A DNA stretch of 64,000 bases from a virus (Duplodnaviria > Caudoviricetes): IMG/VR virus record IMGVR_UViG_3300037307_000169, positions 856-64,855 of that record, one strand, 5' to 3'. A model generated the notes under the pieces. It was not told the DNA's origin, searched no databases, and worked only from the letters and a program-made list of their open reading frames with translations. Below are positions 44,291-54,163 of this stretch, in pieces. The position numbers and the translations under genes were made by a program. Each line of letters opens with the position of its first letter. The stretch's first letter is position 1.

Positions 44291-46570
44291 CTAAGCAATA
44301 TAGAATCGGTCAACTACCTGTGAAATCGGCACACTCGCGTCCGCGTTGCTCTTGGTGTAGGCGCGAATATAGAACGGCACATAGCCCGCCTTGAAAACAC
44401 CAATGTCGATCAAATTGCCCGCCTCGCTCGCCGGGTAATCGTAGACGTAGGACGTGCCGGCGATGTCCTGCGAGGACTCGATCACCGTGGTGGTGCCGGC
44501 CGCGTAGATCACCACGTCGCTGCCGGAGACGATCGGCGAAAGGGTCAGGTTGCGGGCGTTGACCACGGTCACGGTGGCGCCGGCCGTGCGGATGCTGGGG
44601 GTGGAGCCACCGCCGGTGATGGAGATCGTCATGCTGCCGGATGCGATGTTAATGTAAATCGCCTCATTGCCAGTGCTGCCGTTGCTTGCCGCGTAGCCGC
44701 TGAACTGGCAGCCGTTGAGCGAGAAATCCGCCGCCGATCCGCCGATCTCGATGGCGTGCCCGGTGCCGCCGGAAATAAAAGTGCCCCGAATGATGTCGGC
44801 CGCGTCCGCCGGGGAGTCCGCCGATACTTTGGTGCTCTTGAAACGGCAGTCCGTCAGCACCGCGCTATTGAGCGTAAAGGTCGGGCAGCTGATAAAGTTG
44901 ACGCTGGTCAACCCGACGGTGCTTCTGAGCGTGACGGTCGCATTGACGACTGTCGTGCCGCTGAAGTCGAGCGTTGCGCCGGCATTGTGACTGCTGTTGA
45001 ATCTCCAGTAGTAGGACGACTCGGAAGTAAACACGCAGTTGGTAAACTTGATTGTGTCGCCGCTCAGCCCGTAGAACTCGATTCCCAGGTGGTTGTTGTC
45101 GACGTGGAAATCAAGGTAGTTTGCTTCGTCGGCCTTGCGCGGGTATTGGAAGGTGCGCAGGTCCACCAGGAAGTGGCTCGCGTCCGCCCCGCCGAACTGG
45201 AAGCGCGACCAGAGCACCGCAGCTGAACCCGTGCGTTGAAAAATCGGGATCCCGCCGGTGCCGTAGTTGGCGGCCCTTTCGATGTCCAAAAACTCAAGCG
45301 GGACGCCCGAGGTGCCGCCGAGGATCTGCGTTTGGTTCAAGAGCCACAGCTGCGAGAAATCCAGCTGCGTCGCCCCGAAGTAGGCCTGCGCCGCCCAATA
45401 GATATCGTTGATCGCATTGTAGGCGAGCGTCCCGCTCGCGGCATAAGTGGTGTCGCTCGTGCCGTTCACTTGAACGGCAAAATTTTGCATATTCCACGGC
45501 GAGGTGGTTTTCGAAAGCTGCCCGCCGATGCACCAGAACTTGTAGTCATTGTCGGCGTCGGCGATGCCGATCAGCACCCCTCCGGTATTTGAAAGTCCTA
45601 CATCCAGGTAGTCCCGCGGAGATGTAAACTGCCACATTCCGAAGATCACCCCGGCCCCGGCCGTCATATCAACGGCGGAAGTGAAGGTAAGCTCCTGTCC
45701 GTAGAGCGTGCTTGTTGAAGATGTCGCGTTGAACCGCACCACACCGTGGAACGGGTTGTACCCAACGTCTGCGGTGTTGGTTGTATAAGCAATGTAGGTA
45801 AGAGTCTTGGCCCCGACCGTCGTTATGTCTAAAGGAGCGGCGGTTTTAAGCGACCCCAGATTGACGCCCGACACGTTGTTGTTGAGAACGCCCAAGAGGG
45901 TCGCCCCTGCGGTTGCGTTTCCGACATAGGGCGATACAGCCGTGTTGTTGGTGTCGTCCTTGATTGAAACTGAAAGCCCTCGCGTGTCATCCGCAGCGGA
46001 CCCTGAAAATACCGTAGGCGTATAGCATGCGCCGGCTGTTTTCTGAAACGTGTAGCCGACCGCAATCGAGTTTGCCCCGGTGTCGCCACCGAAAAGCTGC
46101 ACGATCCCAGGCAGGCAGAAAAGCCCGTAAACCGCATCTCCGCCAACCATATGGATAACAAGCTCGTTGTTTTGCGTGGTGGTAACGGATGCCCCGGTAA
46201 ACGGAAGAGAACTATCGTCGGCGCCTGTCGAAACCGCTTGATCGATTGCATCTGAGCCATTCGTGGTCGAGCCATCCCAATATTGCCCGCGGATGGCGAT
46301 CACAACCCCGATGCAGGTTTCCGAGGTCAATGTGAAGGTGACGGTTTCGCTCGAGCTCGCGGCCCGCTTGGTGTAAATGCCGTTGGCGGCGCCGGTGCTC
46401 AGCACGGTGGTCGCCGCGTACCAGCCGGCGGGCGTGGTGAAGGCGCTGTTGGTATCTTTGTTAAGACAGGCGACCAGCAGATCACCCGCCTGGTGTGCGG
46501 GCATCTGCATGACCATGCTTGCCGTGGCGGCTGTATAAATCGTTACCGCGTAATCAACGATGTAGGCCAT
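44291..46570 (-). CDS. Tail fibre/spike-like protein
   Basis: 759 aa, Thr/Gly/Ala-rich; beta-helix-like repeats (FTNCVFT, LTDCRF, LNGCQFSG) near the C-terminus. Confidence 0.65.
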   Translation of the reverse strand: MAYIVDYAVTIYTAATASMVMQMPAHQAGDLLVACLNKDTNSAFTTPAGWYAATTVLSTGAANGIYTKRAASSSETVTFTLTSETCIGVVIAIRGQYWDGSTTNGSDAIDQAVSTGADDSSLPFTGASVTTTQNNELVIHMVGGDAVYGLFCLPGIVQLFGGDTGANSIAVGYTFQKTAGACYTPTVFSGSAADDTRGLSVSIKDDTNNTAVSPYVGNATAGATLLGVLNNNVSGVNLGSLKTAAPLDITTVGAKTLTYIAYTTNTADVGYNPFHGVVRFNATSSTSTLYGQELTFTSAVDMTAGAGVIFGMWQFTSPRDYLDVGLSNTGGVLIGIADADNDYKFWCIGGQLSKTTSPWNMQNFAVQVNGTSDTTYAASGTLAYNAINDIYWAAQAYFGATQLDFSQLWLLNQTQILGGTSGVPLEFLDIERAANYGTGGIPIFQRTGSAAVLWSRFQFGGADASHFLVDLRTFQYPRKADEANYLDFHVDNNHLGIEFYGLSGDTIKFTNCVFTSESSYYWRFNSSHNAGATLDFSGTTVVNATVTLRSTVGLTSVNFISCPTFTLNSAVLTDCRFKSTKVSADSPADAADIIRGTFISGGTGHAIEIGGSAADFSLNGCQFSGYAASNGSTGNEAIYINIASGSMTISITGGGSTPSIRTAGATVTVVNARNLTLSPIVSGSDVVIYAAGTTTVIESSQDIAGTSYVYDYPASEAGNLIDIGVFKAGYVPFYIRAYTKSNADASVPISQVVDRFYIA

Positions 46571-47231
46571 TTGTCACCTTGTACGAATAGCCGCCATAGT
46601 GGCCAAGTTTGATGTTGCGGTTCAGCCAGATTTTCCCGCCGAAATTGCGCCACCTGATGCAGAAGGAAACGTCCTCCGGGTATTGGTGGTGATTTTTTTT
46701 GATCGGCGAGTAGAAATCGGGGATGAGCCGGTTGGGCCAAATGCTGTAGACTGGCTCGGTGTGGGGCGCCAGTTGCAGAAAGAGCTCCCTGGTCAACAGC
46801 TGAAACCCGGCACCGACCTGCATTATCTCCGTGATCGATTCCGCGGTCGTTTCATCGCATGGTTCGAAACAGAGCTTGCCCGTGATGTTTTTGTACGAGT
46901 ATGCCCCGCAGGCAAAATCGACGCGCATGTCGAGCAGCTTGAGCACGTCCGCCGGCGCGAACTGGATATCGGCGTCGATGCACATCAGGTGCGTGTAGCC
47001 GAGGTCCAAAAAACTCGTTGCGATGTGGTTGCGCGTCACCGGCAGGTTGCTCTCGTTCGACGGGGTGAGGATCTCACTTGCAATCCCATGGCCGGCGAGC
47101 AGCTTGCCGGCCGAGAAGATCGAGTTCGCCGTGTAGCTGTGTATCCAGCCGCCATAGCACGGCGTCGCAAACAGGATGCCGACTTTCGCGGCGGCGGGTT
47201 TGGCTACGGTCAGGTCACGATTTTCAGCCAT
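46554..47231 (-). CDS. GT-A fold glycosyltransferase (family 2-like)
   Basis: ILFATPCYGG, RNHIA..FL, THLMCIDADI (DxD), GAGF.L, EDVSFC and LGHYG motifs. Confidence 0.85.
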   Translation of the reverse strand: MAENRDLTVAKPAAAKVGILFATPCYGGWIHSYTANSIFSAGKLLAGHGIASEILTPSNESNLPVTRNHIATSFLDLGYTHLMCIDADIQFAPADVLKLLDMRVDFACGAYSYKNITGKLCFEPCDETTAESITEIMQVGAGFQLLTRELFLQLAPHTEPVYSIWPNRLIPDFYSPIKKNHHQYPEDVSFCIRWRNFGGKIWLNRNIKLGHYGGYSYKVTNGLHR

Positions 47232-47240
47232 GCCAAAGCC

Positions 47241-47699
47241 TCACACGTACGGAAGGCCCATTCGGCGGGCCACCATCAGCCGAAAAGTTTCCAGGTTGAA
47301 CGCCGTGCCTGGGCAGGTTTTGTTGGCAAATTCCCGGTGCCCGTAGATGTCCCGCGGCAGCAGGCCGAATGCATGGCACAGCCAGGTGCAGAGCTCGACC
47401 CCGCGCAGGAGCTGGCTGGTGTGCGGCGGAGCCGCGTCGAAGTTGCCGACGAAGCACACCCCCAGGCTGTCCTGGTTGTGGTCCCGCGTGTGCGCGCCGG
47501 GCTCATCCGGCATGCGGCCCATCAGCACCTCGTAGCTGCCGGCGGCGTAGCCCTGGTCCGGCAGGAGCTCGATGCCGAAGTGATAGCCGATGTCGTTCCA
47601 GGCGCACTCGCCCATGTGGTAGCGCCGGATGGCGTTCCAGCTGACGGTGAGCCCGTCCTTGGTGGCCGAATGGTGCAGGATGATCTTGGTGGGCGTCAT
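47241..47699 (-). CDS. N-acetylmuramoyl-L-alanine amidase (endolysin, Amidase_2)
   Basis: IILHHSA, WNDIGYHF, GAHT, SLGVCFVGNF and GHREFANKTCPG motifs. Confidence 0.93.
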   Translation of the reverse strand: MTPTKIILHHSATKDGLTVSWNAIRRYHMGECAWNDIGYHFGIELLPDQGYAAGSYEVLMGRMPDEPGAHTRDHNQDSLGVCFVGNFDAAPPHTSQLLRGVELCTWLCHAFGLLPRDIYGHREFANKTCPGTAFNLETFRLMVARRMGLPYV

Positions 47700-48100
47700 G
47701 CGATCGATCTCTTCACCCGAACGATGTTGCCGTAGCCGTCGCGGACGATCTCATAGGTGATCTCCCGGTCATCCCGGGGATGGAGCACGGTGATATTTTG
47801 CGTGGCCGGGGGGGCGATGCGTTCCTCGGCCAGGCTGGAGAGGGTCGCCGCGACCTGCAGCTGGATGGTGGCGAGCCGCTCGAGCACGTCGGAGATCGTC
47901 TCGACCCCGGGCGAACGCTGCCGGTCGATCATGCGCTGGGTGGCGACGTGCAGGTCCACCAGGTGCTTGATGGCCTGGCCCACCTGGTCGAGCACGTCCT
48001 CGATCTTGACGCCGGCCGCGGCCTTGCGAGGGGTCCGCGGTTTGCCCTCGGACACGATGACGGCCCGGGAGAGCTCCTCCTGGGTCAGGATTCTAGGCAT
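47696..48100 (-). CDS. Hypothetical protein
   Basis: 134 aa; ATGA coupling to the endolysin gene. Confidence 0.6.
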   Translation of the reverse strand: MPRILTQEELSRAVIVSEGKPRTPRKAAAGVKIEDVLDQVGQAIKHLVDLHVATQRMIDRQRSPGVETISDVLERLATIQLQVAATLSSLAEERIAPPATQNITVLHPRDDREITYEIVRDGYGNIVRVKRSIA

Positions 48101-51100
48101 TCGAGCAACCTCTCTGCAAAATTTTTCTGGCGCGTGAGCTCTCTCACCGCGACGTCCGCTTTCTCTTTGATCTTGTAAGCCTTGCCCTCTTCATCGAGCG
48201 CGGATACTTCGACCTCGATCTCGGGCAGCATGCGGTTGCGGTTCTCGGCAATCCAGGCCGCCTGGTTCGAGACCGTGACCTGGCCGGGTCCGCGCTTCAT
48301 GGATGCCAGGATATTCTTGCTGCGGGCGTCGAACGGCCCGGCGTTGAAAACCGACTTGATCTGCTCCGGCCGAAAGACGACATAAGAGTCTTCGCCGTTG
48401 GCAGCGACGTAAGCCTCATATTCAGCCTGCAAGCGTTCGTACTCCTTGTACTCCGATGTTTTTTGCTCATCTAAAGACAAAGAATTTTTATGTTTTTTGG
48501 GGATCGCTTCATACGCATCCCGGGCCGCTTTGAATAACGCGGCGCTGCCGGAAACCTCGCCCGAATTCTTATAGACAAACCCGTCATAGCCGCGCTGTTC
48601 GAGCATGTCGCGCAGTTGTGCCAATGTCCGGTATTGCTTTAAATCAACATCTTTGAATTCTGGCGTAGACTTCAAGATTGATTTGACGTTGTCGTAATCC
48701 CACCATCCGGGATCATTCGTGCGCAGCGGGTTGGTCAGGCGGATGTAAACCGGAATGGTGCGCCCGCCTTCCTCTGCTCCGGCATAGGCACCCTTCACAT
48801 TGCCAAGTCTGCGCTTGAATTCGAACCGGTCCTCGGCCTGGCCTGCAGTGCCGAAGTGGATCCCGATATCGCTTCTGCGCCGGCGGAACTGATCGAATTC
48901 AAAAAACGTGGTATGATAGACCGGAACGGGCTGACCGTTCTCATCGACCACCGTCGACTTGCCAAACCATTTTTTGAATTCCGGCGTATCGGTTTTGACC
49001 GACGCTTTCATCTGCGCCGGCTCGGCGTCCATCACCTCGACCAGGTCGTTCGGGCCGAGGTTGACCGTCTCGCCGTCCTGCAGGACGACCCCGAAAGGAT
49101 CGCTTTCGACGACGTGGTAGACGTCCCAGCCCCGGGCCGACTTGCCATCCAGGATGACCAGCTGCTTGCCCTCGGGCAGATCCTGGGCGCGGACCGTCCG
49201 GTAGGCCCCCTCCGGCGGCGCCTCGGCCTCCCAATCCATCTCGTGCTGCAGCCGGCGCTCCTGATCGGTCTGGAAGGTCGGCAGCTTTTCGCGCTCGCCC
49301 TCGCGCATGACCCGGCCGCGGCGCATGGCCCCGGGCACCCGCAGCACATCCAGCAGGGATTCCTCGGGACCGAGCCAGCCCTCCTCGCGGAGGATGTCCT
49401 CGGCCCGGTCGATCTTTTCTCCGCCTTTGCGGGATAAGGCGATCTTGACCGAGGGCATGTCCTTCAGTTCGCCCTTGAAATTGAGGAAATTTATGCCCCC
49501 CATGGCCCGGATGCGCCCGCGGAGCGTCGTGACCCGCTCCCCGGTACGGACACTGGCAGCCATGTCCTTGCGTTTAACCTTGGGCCTCTCCGGCCGCTTG
49601 GTGGCGAGCTCCGCCCGGACCATCTGGATTTTGGAGGGGTAGTCGATCTCATCGTCGCCCGGCACGTCCGCCAGCCGCTGCTTCTGCTCAGGGGTGAGCG
49701 TTTTCCAGAGCTCGTCGAATTCCTCTTGGGGCGTTTTCGCGGCCGGCTGCGCCTCCGGTTTCGGCTGTGTTTCAGTGGGCTGAAGCTCAGCCTCGATCCG
49801 TTCGGCCGCCTCCCATTCCTCCTCGGTGATCTCGGTCCGCCGCGTCTTGGCCGGTGCGCTCTTGGTGACCATCTTGGCCTCGGCCGCCTTGGGTCCGAGG
49901 GCCTCGCCGACGGCTTCAAGCCCCTTCTGCAGGACGCTCTTTTCTTTTGGTTGTACCGGCACCGCGGTCGCGTCGGTCACCTCCCGGGCTCTGAACTCCT
50001 TGAAGACCTTGGCGAGCGCCGCCTGGGTCTCATCCAGGTTTTTCACCAGCTGGGGATCGGCCCGTCCGCCTAACCGCGCCATGACCTCGCGGATCTTCTC
50101 GACCAGCTTGTGGACGATGTCGGCAAGGCTGCCGGCGAGCTTGGGATCCTCTTCGTTGAGTTTCTGCCAGAACTGCTCGTTGCTGAATTGCTGGCCGGCG
50201 AAATCGGCGAGCAGCTCCTCCCGCGCGAGGGCCTCCTCGAGGGCGAGGGGTTTGAGATTGATCGCCTGGCGGCCCTCGTTTAAGACGTCCAGCCAGGCCT
50301 GCGCGCCCTCGGAGGCCTGCGCCACCGCGGAGAGCTTTTCGTAGAGGTCCGGCGCCTTGGCCTTCAGGCTGTGCAGGGTCTCGTGGCCGAGCACGGTGAG
50401 ATAGGGATCGGCCGCCCGGGCGTTGACGAAAATGGTATCCGAGGTCTCGTCGTAAACCCCGTTCAAGTTGTCGGCGGCCCCCGCGGCGTCGAAAAAGCGC
50501 ACCTTGCGGCCGAAGGCCTCGCCCACCCGCTGCACGCTCGCCGCGACCTCGGTGGGCGCCGACGCCGAAACCTTGATCTCGGCACCTTCCTCCAGGTGCT
50601 TTTTCAGGTAGCCGGTCAGGGCCTGGAGGTCTTCTGCGCCCGCGGCGGTGAATGCCGCCTTCGCGCCTTTCTCCTGGCCTTCCGTGTAGATCCCCTCGAG
50701 CCCCTCGCGCAGGGGGCCTTCCTCCATCTCCTCGATCATGGCTTTGAGATCGGCCGGCTTCATCACCCCGGCTTCGAGGGCCTTCTGGATGGTGTCCACA
50801 TGCTCCTGGACAATGTCCTTACCGCGCAGCATGCCGGCAGCGCCCCCCACGCCGGCGAGCATAACGCCGCCGGTCGCCCCGAGGGCCGCGGCCTTGAGAG
50901 CCTTGGCCTGGAATTCGCTGCTGCCGTAAACCTCAATTGCCTTTTTGGCGATCTCCTCGGCGGATGCGTCGGGGTTCTTGGCGTAAATCTCGGAGAGCTC
51001 CTCCGGGTATTGCTGCAGGTATTCCTCAACGCCCTCGCCGGCGCCCGAAAATATCAGGTGCTTCAAAACGTCGGCCACTTTCTTGGGCAGGTGCGTACTT

Positions 51101-52098
51101 TTCGCAAACGCACCCCAGGCGCCGCGGAAAAACTTCAGCCCCAGCAGGTTGCCGCCGAACTCAAGCGGGGTGGAGAGCATCGCCTCGATGGCCGCGGCGT
51201 CATAGGCCACCTGGTCGTCGTAGCCCTTTTTGACCTTCTCCCGGTAGCTCGCCCCGAAAATTTGGGCGTAGGTCATCGGCAGGCCGGCGGCCGGGGCAAG
51301 GGCGGTGATCCCCATGGTCGGCGCGAACCGGGCGAATCCCTTGACGGCCTCCTCCAACCACTTCGCTACCGGCCGGTCGTCCCCGTAGACGTCCTCGGCC
51401 TCCGGCAGCGATCGGGTAAACGCCTGCAGGCTCTCGGCGGCCTCGGCCCAGGACTTGCCGGCGTCCTCCACGTAGGATTGACGCAGGGCCTTCTGCTCCT
51501 CGGTATCGAAGCGCTCGGGCATCGGGTGGCCATACTGGCGGGCGCGCTCGACCCGGCGCTGGTACTCTTTTTCCAACTCCGCGTCGGTGTCGAACTTCTC
51601 CAGGTTCCGGCGGGCCTGGTTGCTAAACCCCGCCGCGGCCATAGCGAGATCGCCGATCCCTTGGATCCCCGATATGCCCATCCCTTTGATGATCTGGAAA
51701 ACCTTACCGATCTCCCCGGCGTCCTCGCCTGCAGCAAACCCTTCGGGGCTCTCGGCGGCCATCGCGGTCGCAAGCGCGTCGGAGGTCTGCGTGTCGGCGA
51801 CGGCCTGCTCCCACAGGGCATCGAGATCCTTGCCGGTCTTGGTGTCATAGTTGCCGACGTAGCGCTCGGGGCTGTCATCGGCTTTGAACTGGCTCGGCCA
51901 TTTGTAGACTCCCTCCTCGTTGCGCTCGGGCTCGGCGCCGGCGCGAAACGCGGAGCGATAATCATAGTGGTGGTCGGGATGATACGGGTCGGGATCCAGC
52001 CCGGCGATCGCGGACCACTTGCCATACCAATCCTGGAACTCGGCCTCGTCCGGGGGCTCCGCCTCGTCCCACAATCTTTCGAGCTCATCCTGGTTCAT
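48085..52098 (-). CDS. Large polyvalent ejection protein (zincin-like HExxH and ART-like domains)
   Basis: 1337 aa; LGHETLH; FKKWFGKSTVVD..G.P..VYHT...GIHFG...VYIRLTNP...GYDG...YVVF.PEQIKS. Confidence 0.75.
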   Translation of the reverse strand: MNQDELERLWDEAEPPDEAEFQDWYGKWSAIAGLDPDPYHPDHHYDYRSAFRAGAEPERNEEGVYKWPSQFKADDSPERYVGNYDTKTGKDLDALWEQAVADTQTSDALATAMAAESPEGFAAGEDAGEIGKVFQIIKGMGISGIQGIGDLAMAAAGFSNQARRNLEKFDTDAELEKEYQRRVERARQYGHPMPERFDTEEQKALRQSYVEDAGKSWAEAAESLQAFTRSLPEAEDVYGDDRPVAKWLEEAVKGFARFAPTMGITALAPAAGLPMTYAQIFGASYREKVKKGYDDQVAYDAAAIEAMLSTPLEFGGNLLGLKFFRGAWGAFAKSTHLPKKVADVLKHLIFSGAGEGVEEYLQQYPEELSEIYAKNPDASAEEIAKKAIEVYGSSEFQAKALKAAALGATGGVMLAGVGGAAGMLRGKDIVQEHVDTIQKALEAGVMKPADLKAMIEEMEEGPLREGLEGIYTEGQEKGAKAAFTAAGAEDLQALTGYLKKHLEEGAEIKVSASAPTEVAASVQRVGEAFGRKVRFFDAAGAADNLNGVYDETSDTIFVNARAADPYLTVLGHETLHSLKAKAPDLYEKLSAVAQASEGAQAWLDVLNEGRQAINLKPLALEEALAREELLADFAGQQFSNEQFWQKLNEEDPKLAGSLADIVHKLVEKIREVMARLGGRADPQLVKNLDETQAALAKVFKEFRAREVTDATAVPVQPKEKSVLQKGLEAVGEALGPKAAEAKMVTKSAPAKTRRTEITEEEWEAAERIEAELQPTETQPKPEAQPAAKTPQEEFDELWKTLTPEQKQRLADVPGDDEIDYPSKIQMVRAELATKRPERPKVKRKDMAASVRTGERVTTLRGRIRAMGGINFLNFKGELKDMPSVKIALSRKGGEKIDRAEDILREEGWLGPEESLLDVLRVPGAMRRGRVMREGEREKLPTFQTDQERRLQHEMDWEAEAPPEGAYRTVRAQDLPEGKQLVILDGKSARGWDVYHVVESDPFGVVLQDGETVNLGPNDLVEVMDAEPAQMKASVKTDTPEFKKWFGKSTVVDENGQPVPVYHTTFFEFDQFRRRRSDIGIHFGTAGQAEDRFEFKRRLGNVKGAYAGAEEGGRTIPVYIRLTNPLRTNDPGWWDYDNVKSILKSTPEFKDVDLKQYRTLAQLRDMLEQRGYDGFVYKNSGEVSGSAALFKAARDAYEAIPKKHKNSLSLDEQKTSEYKEYERLQAEYEAYVAANGEDSYVVFRPEQIKSVFNAGPFDARSKNILASMKRGPGQVTVSNQAAWIAENRNRMLPEIEVEVSALDEEGKAYKIKEKADVAVRELTRQKNFAERLLECLES

Positions 52099-53294
52099 TC
52101 CGAAACCTCGGCCTCTTCCACAATCCGTTTCGTGCCGTCGGCGTATCGGCCCACCAGCGTGCCGTCGCGGAGCTTGCGGATTTCAAGCGGCGGGCCTTCC
52201 GGTCCGACCTTGACGTTGAACCCCGAAACCTTGGCGGTCTTTTCGCCTTCCTTGCCGGCCGGCTTTCCCTTCGCGCCGGGATCGGCGGGCATGGGCCGGC
52301 TGGTCTCGATCCGGTTCTGTTCGGTGTCTGATTGCCTCGCGCGTTCTTCTTTCTCCTGCTTGGTGCGATAGCCCGGGTCGTTTGCCATCAGGTAGGCATG
52401 CTTTTGCTGGTAAAGCTCCTTGAGCTGCTGGCCCAGCAGCTGCAGCATTTGCGACTGCTCGGGGGTGATCTTGCCGCCATCGCCCTTTGCAATGGAGTTC
52501 ATATCCTTAAGGATGTTGCGTTCGGCCGTGGCCATTTCGCGCTGGGTGCGCAGCAGTTCGTTATTTGCCTTGGATTGCTTTTCCTGGTCTTTTTCGTAGC
52601 GCTCCCGCCACTGCTTCTCGCGCTCGGCTACTTTCTTGGCCGCGGCCTCGTGCTCCTTCTGCTCGTTGTCAAACATCTTGGTCATCTGGTTGTAGAGATC
52701 GATCTTGGTCTTCTTGTCGCTTTCAACCCGCTCCTTGACGTAGGCGCGATATTTCTTCACCTCGTTGTCCCAAAACTGCCGCTGCTTTTCGTCCATCCGG
52801 TTGCGGTCTTCCCAAATCAGCCGGCCGCCGAAAACGTTGCGAAACAAATAGGGCAAGTCCGTGGCGGTCGCTTTGTCGACTTCCTTTATCACGTCGATTT
52901 CAAAGGGGTTGCCGCCGATCTGGTTGAAAACCGACCGCTCGAATTCGCGGCGGTTGTATTCGGGCGTTATTTGACCCGCCCGCGGCTGGCCATACGGGGC
53001 GTTCGATTTATCGGGCGGCCCTCCTGCAGGGGTAGGATGCACCACCTTGCCGGTCCCCTCGTCCAGATAGCTGCCGTCGATCGCCTTGCCGCCCCAACGA
53101 GCGAGCGCGTTCTCCTGCTCCATGCGGGCGAGGTCCGGGTTGTGCACGTAGGCCTTGACGTTGGTGTCCCGCAGCTCCACCTGGTCCGCCGGCAGTCCGC
53201 TGCCGGGGACAACCGAGACCGCCCACTCCCCGGGGTTCTGTGGGGCTCCGACCATCTCCTCGCCGCCTGCTTCAAAGTTTTCGCGCAGCTTCAT
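52095..53294 (-). CDS. Putative ejection protein
   Basis: 399 aa, charged and helical, in the block after the tail genes. Confidence 0.55.
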   Translation of the reverse strand: MKLRENFEAGGEEMVGAPQNPGEWAVSVVPGSGLPADQVELRDTNVKAYVHNPDLARMEQENALARWGGKAIDGSYLDEGTGKVVHPTPAGGPPDKSNAPYGQPRAGQITPEYNRREFERSVFNQIGGNPFEIDVIKEVDKATATDLPYLFRNVFGGRLIWEDRNRMDEKQRQFWDNEVKKYRAYVKERVESDKKTKIDLYNQMTKMFDNEQKEHEAAAKKVAEREKQWRERYEKDQEKQSKANNELLRTQREMATAERNILKDMNSIAKGDGGKITPEQSQMLQLLGQQLKELYQQKHAYLMANDPGYRTKQEKEERARQSDTEQNRIETSRPMPADPGAKGKPAGKEGEKTAKVSGFNVKVGPEGPPLEIRKLRDGTLVGRYADGTKRIVEEAEVSE

Positions 53295-53303
53295 GGCTGT
53301 CTC

Positions 53304-54155
53304 CTACCAATAGCGATATGCAGGGGAGTTTATCCCGTACATCGGATCACGGCCCCGTTTCATGTTGTAGCCGGCCTGGAAACTCGGGCCGATCTCGCGG
53401 GCGCCCCATGCGTTGAGCCGCACCACCATGGGCACTCCGCCGGTAGCCGATTCGCTGCTGTCGGTTTGCGTGATCTTTTCGGCGCTCTGCAAGTATTTTT
53501 CCCAGCGGTTTTTATAGTCGGCCATGATTTTTTCATAGTTCGCTCTCCAGTTGGCCATGGCTTCTTCTTTTTTGAGGTTGAGCTCCTGCATGTGCTCGGA
53601 GCGCGCCTGGGCGCCGGCGCCCGACATGGCCTTTTCAAGCCCGGTCCCGTAGCCCTGGAGGGCCTCGCGGATCGTCATGCGGCGGACGTTGGGGTTGTCG
53701 GTGTGGACGTTCATCGCCCCCTGCAGGCCCTCGCGCAGCATGCGCACGGCCGGGGCCGCCCCCTGCTGGGTCAGCGCGCGGATGCGCCGCTTGTCGATCT
53801 CGGGCATCTTGAGTTCGGGGGTGTCCGGCATCGAGGGAGCCTCCTCGGTAAATCTCAGCCGCTGCACCGTGGTGGAGCTCTTAAACCCGCCGCCGCTGCT
53901 GCTGCCGCCGCCGGACCGCGATGCGGTTCTGCCGCTGCTGCTTTTTTTGAAATCCGACGGGGAACCATAGGCCCAGGTCCAATCGTTGTTGGTCATCAAG
54001 GGTCCAGAGCGCCGCGTGTCGCCTCTCATGCCGTACGGGTCATCTTTAGCGCTGCTGGCACTTGATGCGCTTGCTGAGCCATGGCCGGAATCGCTTCCAT
54101 ACGAGCTGCCGCCGCTGCCTTGCTGATAAGTTTCGTAAAAACTTGAATAGCCCAT
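53304..54155 (-). CDS. Putative ejection/pilot protein
   Basis: Gly/Ser-rich N-terminus, helical C-terminus; AGGAGG RBS. Confidence 0.55.
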   Translation of the reverse strand: MGYSSFYETYQQGSGGSSYGSDSGHGSASASSASSAKDDPYGMRGDTRRSGPLMTNNDWTWAYGSPSDFKKSSSGRTASRSGGGSSSGGGFKSSTTVQRLRFTEEAPSMPDTPELKMPEIDKRRIRALTQQGAAPAVRMLREGLQGAMNVHTDNPNVRRMTIREALQGYGTGLEKAMSGAGAQARSEHMQELNLKKEEAMANWRANYEKIMADYKNRWEKYLQSAEKITQTDSSESATGGVPMVVRLNAWGAREIGPSFQAGYNMKRGRDPMYGINSPAYRYW

Positions 54156-54163
54156 GCCTCCTC

